A stretch of DNA of 64,000 bases, taken from the NCBI GenBank assembly GCA_030522375.1, contig CP130488.1, positions 1,253,005-1,317,004 of the forward strand, read 5' to 3'. Origin of the DNA: Methanosuratincola petrocarbonis. Lineage in GTDB: Archaea > Thermoproteota > Methanomethylicia > Methanomethylicales > Methanomethylicaceae. The notes beneath the pieces were generated by a model that ran no database searches, was not told where the DNA came from, and saw only the letters and a program-made list of their open reading frames with translations. A program made the translations under genes and the position numbers. This document shows, piece after piece, positions 9,326 through 19,135 of this stretch (within the stretch, counting starts at the first letter, position 1; every line of letters begins with the position of its first letter).

Positions 9326-9433
9326 TTTTATACCCTTTCATTATTACTGAATGCTTCTATTTTACTCTTCGCATGCATTGAGTATTCTTTTAATGAAATC
9401 GGACCAAATTAAAAAGTTGTATTCCTTGCATTC

Positions 9434-9778
9434 TCATAACTTTGTGTCTGACGATCCTTCATAAGTGAAGCATGTGCTAGGGAACCGGTTGAGAATGCTT
9501 CTTGCGACCATGCCTGCCTCTGTCCAGGCGGCGGATACAACTGCGCATGGAACGACGCACTCAGGGCCGAGCTTCGAAGAGGCTATCACATAAATCGGGT
9601 TCTTCAGTATTGGTTGGGCCAAGTCATTTATGCTGATTTCGCCAAGGGAGTCTCCGTACGCCTTGACCCTTGGGCAGGTCGTGTTGAGCCTTATTTTAAT
9701 CGCAGAACCCTCCTTCTCCGCGACGATCTGGGTCCTCTGATCGCACCGCGGGGAGTTTACTGAAAATGAGGTTGTCAA
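9434..9778 (-). CDS. Hypothetical Cys-containing protein (DUF6951-like)
   Basis: Pattern C-x(4)-T-x-I-x-A...TCP...IY...ECVVPC...EAGM recalls DUF6951. Confidence 0.55.
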   Translation of the reverse strand: MTTSFSVNSPRCDQRTQIVAEKEGSAIKIRLNTTCPRVKAYGDSLGEISINDLAQPILKNPIYVIASSKLGPECVVPCAVVSAAWTEAGMVARSILNRFPSTCFTYEGSSDTKL

Positions 9779-9882
9779 TTAGAGTCGCCTGAGATCGTGA
9801 AGGGGAAACTGGTTAATTACCTTTCCCCAAAATTAGCAACTGCGCCCATCCTGAATTGCAGAGGCGCTTAGAAAAAGGGTAT

Positions 9883-10704
9883 TTAGAATGGTGCAAATAT
9901 GCCGATGAAAACCAGCCAGGCCAGGATTGTTTTCGCCACCAGGCTCAGTAAGATGTAGACCCTCTCGCCGCGGGGGTAGTCTTTCCACTTGCCGATCCCC
10001 TTGTACTGGAGGAGCATGTTGATAGAGAATGTGTTGAACATTACGAAGTAAAGGACGAGAACCAGATAGACGAATGTCGGTGGGCTTGTGTCGGTTGAAT
10101 TCAGAGCGGCAACAAAGTAAGCTGCTGTGACCACCCACGGGGTGAAGCAGGAGATGCAGCCCAACAGATAGGGAGACCAATCGATCTTCTTCGTATACTG
10201 GTTGATCTTCTCCATCAGGTAACCAAACATTATCATCATGGCATTCAGTACGAAGATCATGATGAGGGACCGCAAATCCCAGACCCCGATGAATGTCGCC
10301 AATATCTCGAGCATGATCGAGCTGGAGAACGCATACTCATACCAACGATAGGGGTTCATCCCTCTTTTTAGGTACTCATTGTATTGCCTGGTCCTTGCAA
10401 ATGCGATAATCATGTGGGCGGCAGCCGAGATCAGCAAGAACGACGCCAGTAACGCCCCCAGATATGTGATTGTGAAAGCCTGGGGATTTGGCACGACTTG
10501 GAATAGGAGGGGTAGACGGGATTACTTCGAACTTGAGGTAAAAGGTGTAAATGTCCCGCTCCCACGTTAAGAGGGTGTGCCTAAAGCCAGCATGAGTATC
10601 CCCTGCACCAAGTGGAGGGTCCCGGTACCAATGTTCAATTTCCTGAGGCTTTCCATGGTTATTGGGGATTTCGAGATCAGCTTCCTTTTCAAATCATTGT
10701 CCAT
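9883..10704 (-). pseudogene. heR: Heliorhodopsin, interrupted by two compensating frameshifts (about 10575 and about 10505)
   Basis: TM1 LNIGTGTLHLVQG; SAAAH; NPYRWYEYAFSSSIM; LQYKGIGKWKDY..GERVYILLSLVAK (retinal Lys). TAA stops at 10569-10567 and 10524-10522; an alternative frame between them reads LLTWERDIYTFYLKFEV. Confidence 0.9.
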
Positions 10705-11026
10705 AGATAATTCTCCTGCGTACAGAAACTCATTGGTATTTAATATATTTTTACTATTATTTTTCATTTTTTTCTGAATAATTATAATTGCAAACTTTAG
10801 GGAAACGATAGAAATCTCCGCGGGTTTTTGACATGGGCGGTCAAGATCACGATTAAGTAGGCTAAATTTATGGATCACATTTTCTCACAGCAGCTGCCAA
10901 AAATACGTCGGTTCTGGAGATTTTAAGCTGGTTTTGGGGCATATATTAAATGGACCTGACTGGAGAACATAACAAGATTTATTTACTTATTCCATTTACT
11001 CAAAAACAAGCGGATGGTAGAGACTG

Positions 11027-11422
11027 ATGTCAACGAAACCTGTTGAAATTGGCTCACTGAAAGAGGGCAGCTTTGTGGTCATAGACGGAGTGCCCTGCAG
11101 GGTCGTCTCGATGGAAAAGTCGAAGACCGGAAAGCATGGCTCAGCGAAGGGCAGGGTAGTTGCGGTTGGGATCTTTGACGGAATCAAGAGAAACATCGTT
11201 GCCCCGGCAGACCAGAGGGTAGACGTCCCGATAGTTGAGAAGAGGGCTGCCCAAGTCATCTCGATTATGCCAGACTCGGTTCAGCTGATGGACCTGGAGA
11301 ACTTTGAGACTTTTGAGGTAAAGAAACCGAAAGACGAGGAGATAATGGCAAAGATAGCACCAGGGGCAGAGGTCGAGTACTGGGACATACTGAATGAGAA
11401 GCACATAATGAGGGTCAAATAA
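11027..11422 (+). CDS. eif5a: Translation factor aIF5A
   Basis: Hypusine motif [10 protein letters not shown]. Confidence 0.97.
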   Translation: MSTKPVEIGSLKEGSFVVIDGVPCRVVSMEKSKTGKHGSAKGRVVAVGIFDGIKRNIVAPADQRVDVPIVEKRAAQVISIMPDSVQLMDLENFETFEVKKPKDEEIMAKIAPGAEVEYWDILNEKHIMRVK

Positions 11423-11502
11423 ATCCCCTTCCAATTTTTGAGCCCCCAAAGCATTTTAGGGGAAGGCCGCCAATTCATCATCTGTAAAGCAAGGTGTGCC
11501 AG

Positions 11503-12849
11503 ATGGTATTGGACAGCCTGAGCAGCTCGCTGGGCAATGCAATAAAGAAGATCCTTAGAGCACCCGTCGTCGATGAGAAGGCTGTGAAGGAACTGGTCAG
11601 GGACATCCAGCGTGCCCTGATACAGTCTGACGTGAACGTAAGGCTTGTTTCAGAGCTTTCAAAGAGGATCGAGAAGAGGATACTCGAGGAGGAGCTCCCG
11701 CCAGGGATCACGAGGAGGGAGCTTGCGGTCAAGGTAGTTTATGATGAGCTGACAGGCCTCCTTGGGGGCGAGAAGGCACAGCTGCCCAAGTACCAGAGGG
11801 GCAGGTCTACGGTGATCCTACTCGTGGGGATCCAGGGTTCAGGGAAGACCACAACAGCATCCAAGCTTACATGGTACCACAAGAAGCAAGGTCTTTCTGT
11901 CGGAGTGGTCTGCGCCGATAACTTCAGGGCGGGGGCGTACGACCAGCTCAAGCAACTTGCAGACAGGGCAGGCGCGGAGTTCTACGGCGAGAAGAGCAAC
12001 CCCAGTGCGGTGGAGATCGCCAAGAGCGGCGTCCAGAAGATGAAGGAGAAGGGGATCGAGCTAATAATTGTGGACACCGCCGGGAGGCACAAGAATGAAG
12101 GCGATCTCATAAACGAGATGAAGGAGATAGCGGAAGCCATCTCTCCAGACGAGATAATACTCGTCTTGGACGGCACTATAGGGCAGCAGGCCATGCAGCA
12201 GGCTGAGGCGTTCAACCAGGCGACCAAGATAGGCACCATCTTCCTGACGAAGCTGGACGGTTCTGCCAGGGGTGGAGGTGCCCTCTCTGCGGTCGCGGCG
12301 ACAGGAGCCCCAATAAGGTTCATTGGGACTGGCGAAGGGATAGAAGAGATCGAGCCATTCAGTCCGCCGAGGTTCGTGGGCAGGCTCCTCGGGATGGGGG
12401 ACATCGAGGCGCTGGTCGAGAAGGTCAAGGAGGTTCAGAAGACCACCTCAATGTCAAAGGACCTGAGTGCAATAGCTTCAGGGAGGTTCACTCTTAAGGA
12501 CCTCTACAACCAGATGCAGGCGCTCAGGAGGATGGGTCCTTTGAGCAAGATCCTGCAGTCAATACCCGGAATGGGGCTCAGCCTCCCTAAGGAGGCGATG
12601 GATCTATCAGAGGAGAGGATGAAGAGGTGGATGGTAATAATGCAGTCAATGACCCAGGAAGAGCTTGAGGAGCCCCACATAATCGACGGGTCTAGGATGA
12701 GGAGGATCGCAAGGGGATCGGGCACAACCCCTAAGGACATAAGGGAGCTGCTCGACCAGTACAAGATGAGCAAGAAGTTCGTCAAGCAGATGGTCACGAA
12801 GCAGAAGAGATTCCCCGGGATGAAGGGCGGACAGATCCCGAAGTACTAG
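11503..12849 (+). CDS. srp54: Signal recognition particle protein SRP54
   Basis: GIQGSGKTT, DTAGR, TKLD, Met-rich M domain. Confidence 0.97.
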   Translation: MVLDSLSSSLGNAIKKILRAPVVDEKAVKELVRDIQRALIQSDVNVRLVSELSKRIEKRILEEELPPGITRRELAVKVVYDELTGLLGGEKAQLPKYQRGRSTVILLVGIQGSGKTTTASKLTWYHKKQGLSVGVVCADNFRAGAYDQLKQLADRAGAEFYGEKSNPSAVEIAKSGVQKMKEKGIELIIVDTAGRHKNEGDLINEMKEIAEAISPDEIILVLDGTIGQQAMQQAEAFNQATKIGTIFLTKLDGSARGGGALSAVAATGAPIRFIGTGEGIEEIEPFSPPRFVGRLLGMGDIEALVEKVKEVQKTTSMSKDLSAIASGRFTLKDLYNQMQALRRMGPLSKILQSIPGMGLSLPKEAMDLSEERMKRWMVIMQSMTQEELEEPHIIDGSRMRRIARGSGTTPKDIRELLDQYKMSKKFVKQMVTKQKRFPGMKGGQIPKY

Positions 12850-12859
12850 GGGCATCGTC

Positions 12860-13384
12860 TTGCGGAGTTTCCTGCTTCTCGCGAGAAAGGGCGACCTCGC
12901 CGCCCATAGAGGGATGCTGACGAGGTTCATCGCAGGCGCTCTTCTGCTATCGCACGGGACCAGGAAGGATGTCTGGGCAGCGGTCCTTTTTGACGACGAG
13001 GTGATGGTCAGTTTTGAAGGGTGGGCGATGAGGAATGTGAGACCCGACGAGCAGTCACTATCAGGGATCTTGAGGGCGGGGCTTAGGAGGGGCGAGGAGG
13101 GGGGCAAGTCGAGGATACTCAAGGGTGTGACCGCGAAGAGGACCAGGCTTGCAGAGCTGGCGCCCAAGCTCCCGGGTAAAAGATTCTTTTTTGATGGACC
13201 GGGGAGCACCCACGGGGTAGAGGCAGACATCTCAGTGGTTTTCTGGTGCAAGGGGATAGAGTTCGAGGTTTCCGAGGTTCTGAGGAGGGCAGGCTTCGAA
13301 CCCCTCCGCCTCGGGGCGAGGAAGGTCACTTCGGACCAGGCTGCGGTGATCGTCAACAATGCGGTAGACAGATCGCAATCCTGA
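12860..13384 (+). CDS. trmY: TrmY-like SPOUT methyltransferase (tRNA m1Psi54)
   Basis: LSHGTRKD, VRPDEQSLSG, C-terminal LRLG..SDQAAVIVNNAVD; adjacent to pus10. Confidence 0.75.
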   Translation: MRSFLLLARKGDLAAHRGMLTRFIAGALLLSHGTRKDVWAAVLFDDEVMVSFEGWAMRNVRPDEQSLSGILRAGLRRGEEGGKSRILKGVTAKRTRLAELAPKLPGKRFFFDGPGSTHGVEADISVVFWCKGIEFEVSEVLRRAGFEPLRLGARKVTSDQAAVIVNNAVDRSQS

Positions 13385-13503
13385 CATTATCCAAATCCCT
13401 AAGTGAAGGGCGCGGACTTTCTGCGCTGAGTCGGTAGGACAAGGATCAAGGTTTATATCCCCTTGCCCGGTGGAAGGTACTCACGAGTTCTCCGGTGTTG
13501 ATT

Positions 13504-14817
13504 ATGTCACTGATCGAGAAAGCCAGATCGATGCTCCAGAAGTACCCGCTCTGCGACAGCTGCTTGGGGAGGCAGTTCGGCGGGCTGGGCAGGGGGGTCA
13601 CAAACAGGGAGAGGGGGTTTGCGCTGAAGCTAGTGATCACTATGGAGGCGCACATGGGGCTCAAGAGGGGCGAGGAGTCCGAAGAAGAGGTCTTGAGGAG
13701 CCTTGCAGTGAGAGGCGGCCACCCCCCTGCCGCAAACTTGGTCGGGGAGACGGCGAAGGATAGCTGCCACATATGCGGCGGGATAATGGAGAGGATGGGC
13801 GAGTATGCGGCGGAGGTCGTCAGGGCACTGGACAAGTACGAATACAGGACGTTCCTAATCGGTGTGAAGGTTTCGGGGGAGCTGGCTGAGCGCGAGGATG
13901 CGGTGAAGTCGGAGTTCGGAATCGAGTTTGGGGAGTCGATGAAAATGGAGGCCAGCAGGGAGATCGGGAAGCTGGTATCGAAGGCAACTGGCAAGGAGGT
14001 CGAGTTCTCAAAACCCGACGTGGTCGTCATGGTTGGGATACCAGGGCCTATGGTGGAGGTCAGCCCAATGCCCCTATTCGTCTTCGGCAGGTACAGGAAG
14101 CTCGCCAGGGGGATTCCCCAGTCGAAGTGGGACTGCGTCCACTGCAGGGGGAAGGGGTGCGAGATCTGCCACGGCACTGGAAAGATCTATCCGATATCTG
14201 TCGAGGAGATAGTGTGTGGGCCCATTCTCAAGGCAGCTGGTGGGAAGGAGACGAAATTCCACGGTGCAGGCAGGGAGGACGTGGACGCGATAATGAGCGG
14301 GAATGGGAGACCTTTTGTGGTCGAGGTCAGGGAGCCGAAGGTAAGAGAGCTGGATCTCAAGGCAGTCGAGGATGAGATAAACAAAGGGGGTAACGGGATG
14401 GTGGAGGTTGCGGGGCTAAAGCTCTCGGACAGGAGGACTGTAAGGAGGCTCAAGGAGGGCGCCAAGGTTGCCGAGAAGGTCTATAGGGCCCTCGTTGAAC
14501 TTGACCGCGACATAGGCGAGGAGGAAGCGGCAACATTGGGGAAAAGCTTTAATGGATGTGTTATAAATCAATTAACTCCGAACAGAGTGCTGCATCGCCG
14601 GGCTGACAGGCTCAGGCTCAAGAAGGTCTATGAGGTGTCGGTCAAGATGATCGACCCTAGGCACCTTGAGCTCGTGGTCCGCTGCCAGGGCGGGCTCTAT
14701 GTGAAGGAGCTCATCTCAGGGGACGGGGGGAGGACTACTCCGAGCGTCTCGGAGGTCCTTGGCTGCGGTGCGAGGTGCACTGAGCTCGACGTGATTGCGG
14801 TAAACGAGGGTGTGTAG
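13504..14817 (+). CDS. pus10: tRNA pseudouridine(54/55) synthase Pus10
   Basis: LCDSCLGRQF, GRYRKLARGIPQ, FHGAGREDVDA, GGLYVKELISGD. Confidence 0.95.
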   Translation: MSLIEKARSMLQKYPLCDSCLGRQFGGLGRGVTNRERGFALKLVITMEAHMGLKRGEESEEEVLRSLAVRGGHPPAANLVGETAKDSCHICGGIMERMGEYAAEVVRALDKYEYRTFLIGVKVSGELAEREDAVKSEFGIEFGESMKMEASREIGKLVSKATGKEVEFSKPDVVVMVGIPGPMVEVSPMPLFVFGRYRKLARGIPQSKWDCVHCRGKGCEICHGTGKIYPISVEEIVCGPILKAAGGKETKFHGAGREDVDAIMSGNGRPFVVEVREPKVRELDLKAVEDEINKGGNGMVEVAGLKLSDRRTVRRLKEGAKVAEKVYRALVELDRDIGEEEAATLGKSFNGCVINQLTPNRVLHRRADRLRLKKVYEVSVKMIDPRHLELVVRCQGGLYVKELISGDGGRTTPSVSEVLGCGARCTELDVIAVNEGV

Positions 14818-14819
14818 AT

Positions 14820-15116
14820 ATGAGGCATTCGGTTGGTTACAGGAACAGGACCAGAACCCTTCTTAAGAAGGGCCCGAGAGAGAGGGGGCTATCCCCCATC
14901 AACAGGATACTCAGGGAGTACGCTGAGGGCGAGAAGGTCGTGATCAAGATAGACCCGTCCACGGTCAAGGGGATGCCGCACAGGAGGTTCCACGGAAGGA
15001 CTGGCACTGTGGTCGAGCGGAGGGGCAGGGCCTACGTGGTCAGGGTCCACATGGGTGGGTTCGAGAAGACGATCATCGCTAGGCCAGAGCACATAAAGCC
15101 AATAGAGGGGCAGTAA
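14820..15116 (+). CDS. rpl21e: 50S ribosomal protein L21e
   Basis: GMPHRRFHGRTG, RPEHI. Confidence 0.97.
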   Translation: MRHSVGYRNRTRTLLKKGPRERGLSPINRILREYAEGEKVVIKIDPSTVKGMPHRRFHGRTGTVVERRGRAYVVRVHMGGFEKTIIARPEHIKPIEGQ

Positions 15117-15446
15117 ATGCCCAGAGAGATTGTAAAGGAAGAAGAGGTTACACTCCCCAAAGTCAAAATGCTGCTGGAGCAGCGTCAGAAGGATGGGGAG
15201 CTGAGCCATCTCCAGAAGCTTACCTACGATTATGCATCCAAGTTCTCAAAGATCGATGCTGAGAAGGCAGACGCGCTCTTGGCCAGGCTGAAGGAGGAGG
15301 GAATATCAGGAACGCTCGCGACGCAGATCGTAAATATCTTGCCTGCGAGCGTCGAGGAGCTGAGGACGATATTTTCTGCAGAGAGCAGGCCTGTCCTTCC
15401 CTCCGAGCTCGAGAAGCTCCTGAGCATCATCAATATGTTCAGGTAA
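15117..15446 (+). CDS. rpo4: RNA polymerase subunit Rpo4 (RpoF)
   Basis: TYDYASKFSK, QIVNILPASVEELRTI; conserved position after rpl21e. Confidence 0.92.
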   Translation: MPREIVKEEEVTLPKVKMLLEQRQKDGELSHLQKLTYDYASKFSKIDAEKADALLARLKEEGISGTLATQIVNILPASVEELRTIFSAESRPVLPSELEKLLSIINMFR

Positions 15447-15495
15447 GCCTATAACTATTTTAATACAAATATAATGTAAATAGAGCACTTAAACG

Positions 15496-16095
15496 GTGAG
15501 TTTTATGAGCAGCCCGAGGGATCAGCCGAGAAAGTTTGAAGACTTCGCCGTGGTCCTGGAGCACCTCCCATACGGACATCCGAGGGACACCAGGCCACTG
15601 TACAGGAGGGAGCCGCTGGTCCAAGCAGTAGGGACTGAGTACTTTACGCTGCTCGAGCTGATCCCGGTCCCAGGGGCATCTTTCCAGCACAGGGAGCTCA
15701 TAGCGATAGGGAAGTGGGGCAGGGACAAGATAGACCACGTGAAGAGGAGGATCGACTATGAGGAGCTCACCCAGAATGCCAAAGATGAGCTCCCTAGCGT
15801 CATAGATGAGCTCGTGACCAAAAACATGGAGAGGTTCGTTTCGTTCTTCAACAACGCAGGTCCGGTCACGACCAGGATGCATTCGCTGGAGCTCCTCCCA
15901 GGGATAGGCAAGAAGGCGATGTGGCAGATTCTCGAGGAGAGGAAGAAGGGACCCTTTGCGAGCTTCGACGACATCCAAAGCAGGACGCGCATACCGGATC
16001 CGAAGAAGACGGTCGTGAAGAGGATCATGCAGGAGATAATGAACGAGGACAAGTACTACATCTTCACCAAGCCTCCGATGAGGAAGGAATTCTGA
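15496..16095 (+). CDS. DUF655-family predicted RNA-binding protein
   Basis: QAVGTEYFTLLEL, HSLELLPGIGKK (HhH). Confidence 0.9.
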   Translation: MSFMSSPRDQPRKFEDFAVVLEHLPYGHPRDTRPLYRREPLVQAVGTEYFTLLELIPVPGASFQHRELIAIGKWGRDKIDHVKRRIDYEELTQNAKDELPSVIDELVTKNMERFVSFFNNAGPVTTRMHSLELLPGIGKKAMWQILEERKKGPFASFDDIQSRTRIPDPKKTVVKRIMQEIMNEDKYYIFTKPPMRKEF

Positions 16096-16097
16096 TC

Positions 16098-16955
16098 GTG
16101 ATCGACCAGTCGCTTCTATCGCTCACAAAGAAGGCGTTAGAAGAGGCGGGCATAAGGCCGCGCAAAGCCCATGGCCAGAACTACGTCGTGGACCCTTCAC
16201 TAATCAGGTGCCTAGTGGATTCCGCGGGGATCTCCGGGAACGAGACCGTGCTCGAGATCGGACCTGGCGTAGGCACGCTTACAGAGGAGATCAGCAAGAG
16301 GGCAAGGAAGGTCATAGCAGTCGAGAGGGACACGGCATCCGCGAGGTATCTAACGGACAAGTTCTCTGGTTCCAATGTGGAGATAGTCCAGGCAGATTTC
16401 CTGAGGATAGAATTGCCCAAGACGGACAAGGTCGTCTCGAACCTGCCCTACTCGATTTCGACGCCGGTAACCTTCAAGCTCCTCTCAGACAGGGGCTTCA
16501 GGTTCGGGGCGTTCACTTACCAGAAGGAAGTTGCGGACAGGCTTCAGGCAAAGCCCTCTGATCCGGACTACTCGAGGCTGAGTGTGGCCGTATCGCTACT
16601 GGCTGAGGTCAAAGCAGTAGCCGACTTCCCTCCGGAGTCGTTTTACCCTGCCCCGAGCGTCAATAGCACGGTCGTGACCATAAAAAAGATAGAGTCACCA
16701 AAGTCGGTAGAATGGGAAGCGCTGGACGCCACGCTCAAATTCCTCTTCTCCCAGAGAAGGAGGACCCTTAGAAAAGCCCTTGAGACATTCTCTAAGTCGA
16801 GGGGCATGGGCAGGGGGGCGCTTGTAGGCATGATCGGGCGCGGCCTGCTCGAGAAGAGGGTCTTCGAGCTCAGCCCAAGCGATTTCTTAGAGATAAGCAG
16901 AGTCTTTTCGAGTTGGGGGGCGGAAGGCGGTGAGGATAAGGGGGCTCGAGATTAG
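16098..16955 (+). CDS. ksgA: 16S rRNA dimethyladenosine transferase
   Basis: HGQNYVVD, LEIGPGVG, SNLPYSIS, FYPAPSVNS; GTG start at 16098. Confidence 0.93.
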   Translation: MIDQSLLSLTKKALEEAGIRPRKAHGQNYVVDPSLIRCLVDSAGISGNETVLEIGPGVGTLTEEISKRARKVIAVERDTASARYLTDKFSGSNVEIVQADFLRIELPKTDKVVSNLPYSISTPVTFKLLSDRGFRFGAFTYQKEVADRLQAKPSDPDYSRLSVAVSLLAEVKAVADFPPESFYPAPSVNSTVVTIKKIESPKSVEWEALDATLKFLFSQRRRTLRKALETFSKSRGMGRGALVGMIGRGLLEKRVFELSPSDFLEISRVFSSWGAEGGEDKGARD

Positions 16956-17505
16956 AGTCTTTGACGGGGTGTATCCTCCCTCGGAGGACACCTTCTTGCT
17001 GATGGATGCGGTGAGCGGCGAGAGGGCGGCAAGAGGGCTCGAGCTCTGCTCCGGAACGGGTGCAGTCGGCCTGAGCATAGCAAGCCGCGTGGGGGAAATG
17101 GTCGCGGTTGACCTGAACCCCACGGCTGCGATGAATACGCTCCTGAACTACAGGGAGAACGGCATGAGGGCACATGTGGTCGTCGGCGATCTCTTCTCAC
17201 CGATTCGCGGCGAGTTCGACCTGATAGTAATGAACCCCCCTTACCTCCCCGATGGGGACGGGGACCCGGTTGATCTGGCCTGGAGCGCGGGGGCTTCAGG
17301 CAGGTCGATCATAGACAGGTTCATCTCGGAGGTCGGCGATTTCCTTAGCCAGGGGGGGAGGGCATACTTGCTTCAGTCCAGCATCAATGGCATAGGGGAG
17401 AGCATTGAGAGGGCGGATTCGGAAGGGCTTGATGCGCAAATAGTAGGGCGCAGGGATTTCGACTTCGAAAGTCTTGTGGTGATAAGGATGGCGCGGAGGG
17501 TGTAA
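16930..17505 (+). CDS. HemK2/N6AMT1-family methyltransferase
   Basis: VYPPSEDTFLL, ELCSGTG, NPPY. Confidence 0.9.
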   Translation: MRIRGLEIRVFDGVYPPSEDTFLLMDAVSGERAARGLELCSGTGAVGLSIASRVGEMVAVDLNPTAAMNTLLNYRENGMRAHVVVGDLFSPIRGEFDLIVMNPPYLPDGDGDPVDLAWSAGASGRSIIDRFISEVGDFLSQGGRAYLLQSSINGIGESIERADSEGLDAQIVGRRDFDFESLVVIRMARRV

Positions 17506-17579
17506 AGCTCAACGCGAGCATGGAAAAGCTAAAATACTAAGGATTTCACTTCCATCTGGAAGTGTTCGGAGGAATAATC

Positions 17580-18080
17580 ATGCCAGAGAGACCGGCACAC
17601 TGCTACCGGTATTTCGATACGCCGGCTTACACCAGAAAGGAGTATATCAGGGGTGTCCCTGGATCGAAGATCACCAAGTTCGATTACGGGGATCCGAACG
17701 GCGACTTCCAAGCACTCGTCAGGCTGATCCCGCTGGAGGCTGGGCAGATCAGACACAATGCGCTTGAGGCCGCGAGAGTGATCGTGACCAAGCACCTGCA
17801 GACCGTCCTGGGCGAAAAGGGGTTCCACCTGAAGGTCAGGGCATACCCGCACCAAGTGCTCAGGGAGAACAAGATGATGGCATTCGCAGGGGCGGACAGG
17901 CTTCAGGACGGGATGAGGAGGTCCTTCGGGAAACCAGCCGGCACCGCTGCCAGGTTCAGGGCCATGCAGCCCATAATTGACGTCAGGGTAGCTACGGATA
18001 AGAAGGACGTGGCGAAGCAGGCGCTGAAGCTAGCTTGCGCGAAGATGCCAATGCCCTGCAGGGTAGTAGAAGTTGCCTGA
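17580..18080 (+). CDS. rpl10e: 50S ribosomal protein uL16 (L10e)
   Basis: AYTRKEYIRGVP, LRENKMMAFAGADRLQDGMR. Confidence 0.97.
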   Translation: MPERPAHCYRYFDTPAYTRKEYIRGVPGSKITKFDYGDPNGDFQALVRLIPLEAGQIRHNALEAARVIVTKHLQTVLGEKGFHLKVRAYPHQVLRENKMMAFAGADRLQDGMRRSFGKPAGTAARFRAMQPIIDVRVATDKKDVAKQALKLACAKMPMPCRVVEVA

Positions 18081-18152
18081 AGGGCAAATTCAAGCCCTCT
18101 TGTCCCAGTTTTCAGCCCCGTTAGCCATCCCCTGTTTTTCGGGCGTGAGAAG

Positions 18153-19118
18153 GTGTACGATTTTGAAATCGAGAGGGCGGCTGGAGAGGTGGTCAGGAGG
18201 GGGGCAAAAAGGGTTTTTGTGCAGGCCCCAGATGGACTCAAGCAATTCCTTGCAGAGTTCGTCTCCAGGCTTTCACAGGTCTGTGAAGTCTACGTCTCAA
18301 TAAACCCCTGCTATGGGGGCTGCGATTTGGAGGATGACAGGGTTGCGATGATCGGGGCAGACATGGTGATCCACATAGGGCATAAGAAGTTCATCGAGGG
18401 GGCAGAAAAGGTCTACACGGTTTACCTTCCAGCCCCTCACCTGGCTGATGTCAGAGGCCTTGCCAGCTTGGCGGCGTCCGAATTGAAGAAGAGGGGGTTC
18501 TTAAGGGTCGGGGTTCTCGCTAATCTCCAGCACATCGAGTATGTTGGAGAGTTCGTCAGGGAAATGGAGGCTGCGGGGCTTGTGCCAGTTGTCGACCGGC
18601 AGACAGGCGGGCTTGTTCTTGGCTGCCGGACAGACGGAGCGAAGAGGATTGAAAGCGAAGTTGACGCTTTCCTCTTCATAGGCGGGGGGGAGTTCCACCC
18701 TCTGGGGGTCGCGATGGATGTGGAGAAGGAGGTCTTCATCGCGGACACTTACAGAAACGAGGTGAGGGGCACCGCTGAGATAATGAAGAAGACCCTTTCG
18801 CGGCGGTGGTGGGCGATAATGGAGGCTTCGAAGTCCAAGCGTTTCGGCGTCATCATGGTGACCAAGCCCGGGCAGTTCAGCATGCGCTCTGCCGAAAAGA
18901 TTGCAGCGGAGCTTAGGGCAGCAGGCAAGGAGGCGCATCTGCTAGTGGGGGATGACGTCAGCCCCGAGAGGCTTGCGGCATTCCCATTCATAGAATCGTT
19001 CATCGTAACAGGATGCCCGAGGATAGCAACGGACACGCAACAGGATCCGAACAGACCTGTCCTGAACGAGGCTGAGGCATGGAAGATGCTCGAGATCATT
19101 AAGCCCGATAGGAAATAA
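18153..19118 (+). CDS. dph2: 2-(3-amino-3-carboxypropyl)histidine synthase (diphthamide biosynthesis)
   Basis: QAPDGLK, PCYGGCD, VLGC, GCPRI Fe-S cysteines. Confidence 0.92.
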   Translation: MYDFEIERAAGEVVRRGAKRVFVQAPDGLKQFLAEFVSRLSQVCEVYVSINPCYGGCDLEDDRVAMIGADMVIHIGHKKFIEGAEKVYTVYLPAPHLADVRGLASLAASELKKRGFLRVGVLANLQHIEYVGEFVREMEAAGLVPVVDRQTGGLVLGCRTDGAKRIESEVDAFLFIGGGEFHPLGVAMDVEKEVFIADTYRNEVRGTAEIMKKTLSRRWWAIMEASKSKRFGVIMVTKPGQFSMRSAEKIAAELRAAGKEAHLLVGDDVSPERLAAFPFIESFIVTGCPRIATDTQQDPNRPVLNEAEAWKMLEIIKPDRK

Positions 19119-19135
19119 GCGGTTGGAGGAGCGGA

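Noticed and set aside
10705-10878. N-terminal extension of ORF 10567..10878
   Set aside because: AT-rich, low-complexity promoter DNA; the real start is ATG 10704.
13381-13470. Possible C/D-box sRNA or tRNA between trmY and pus10
   Set aside because: CTGA boxes and a small hairpin are present, but there is no convincing RUGAUGA C box and no tRNA cloverleaf.
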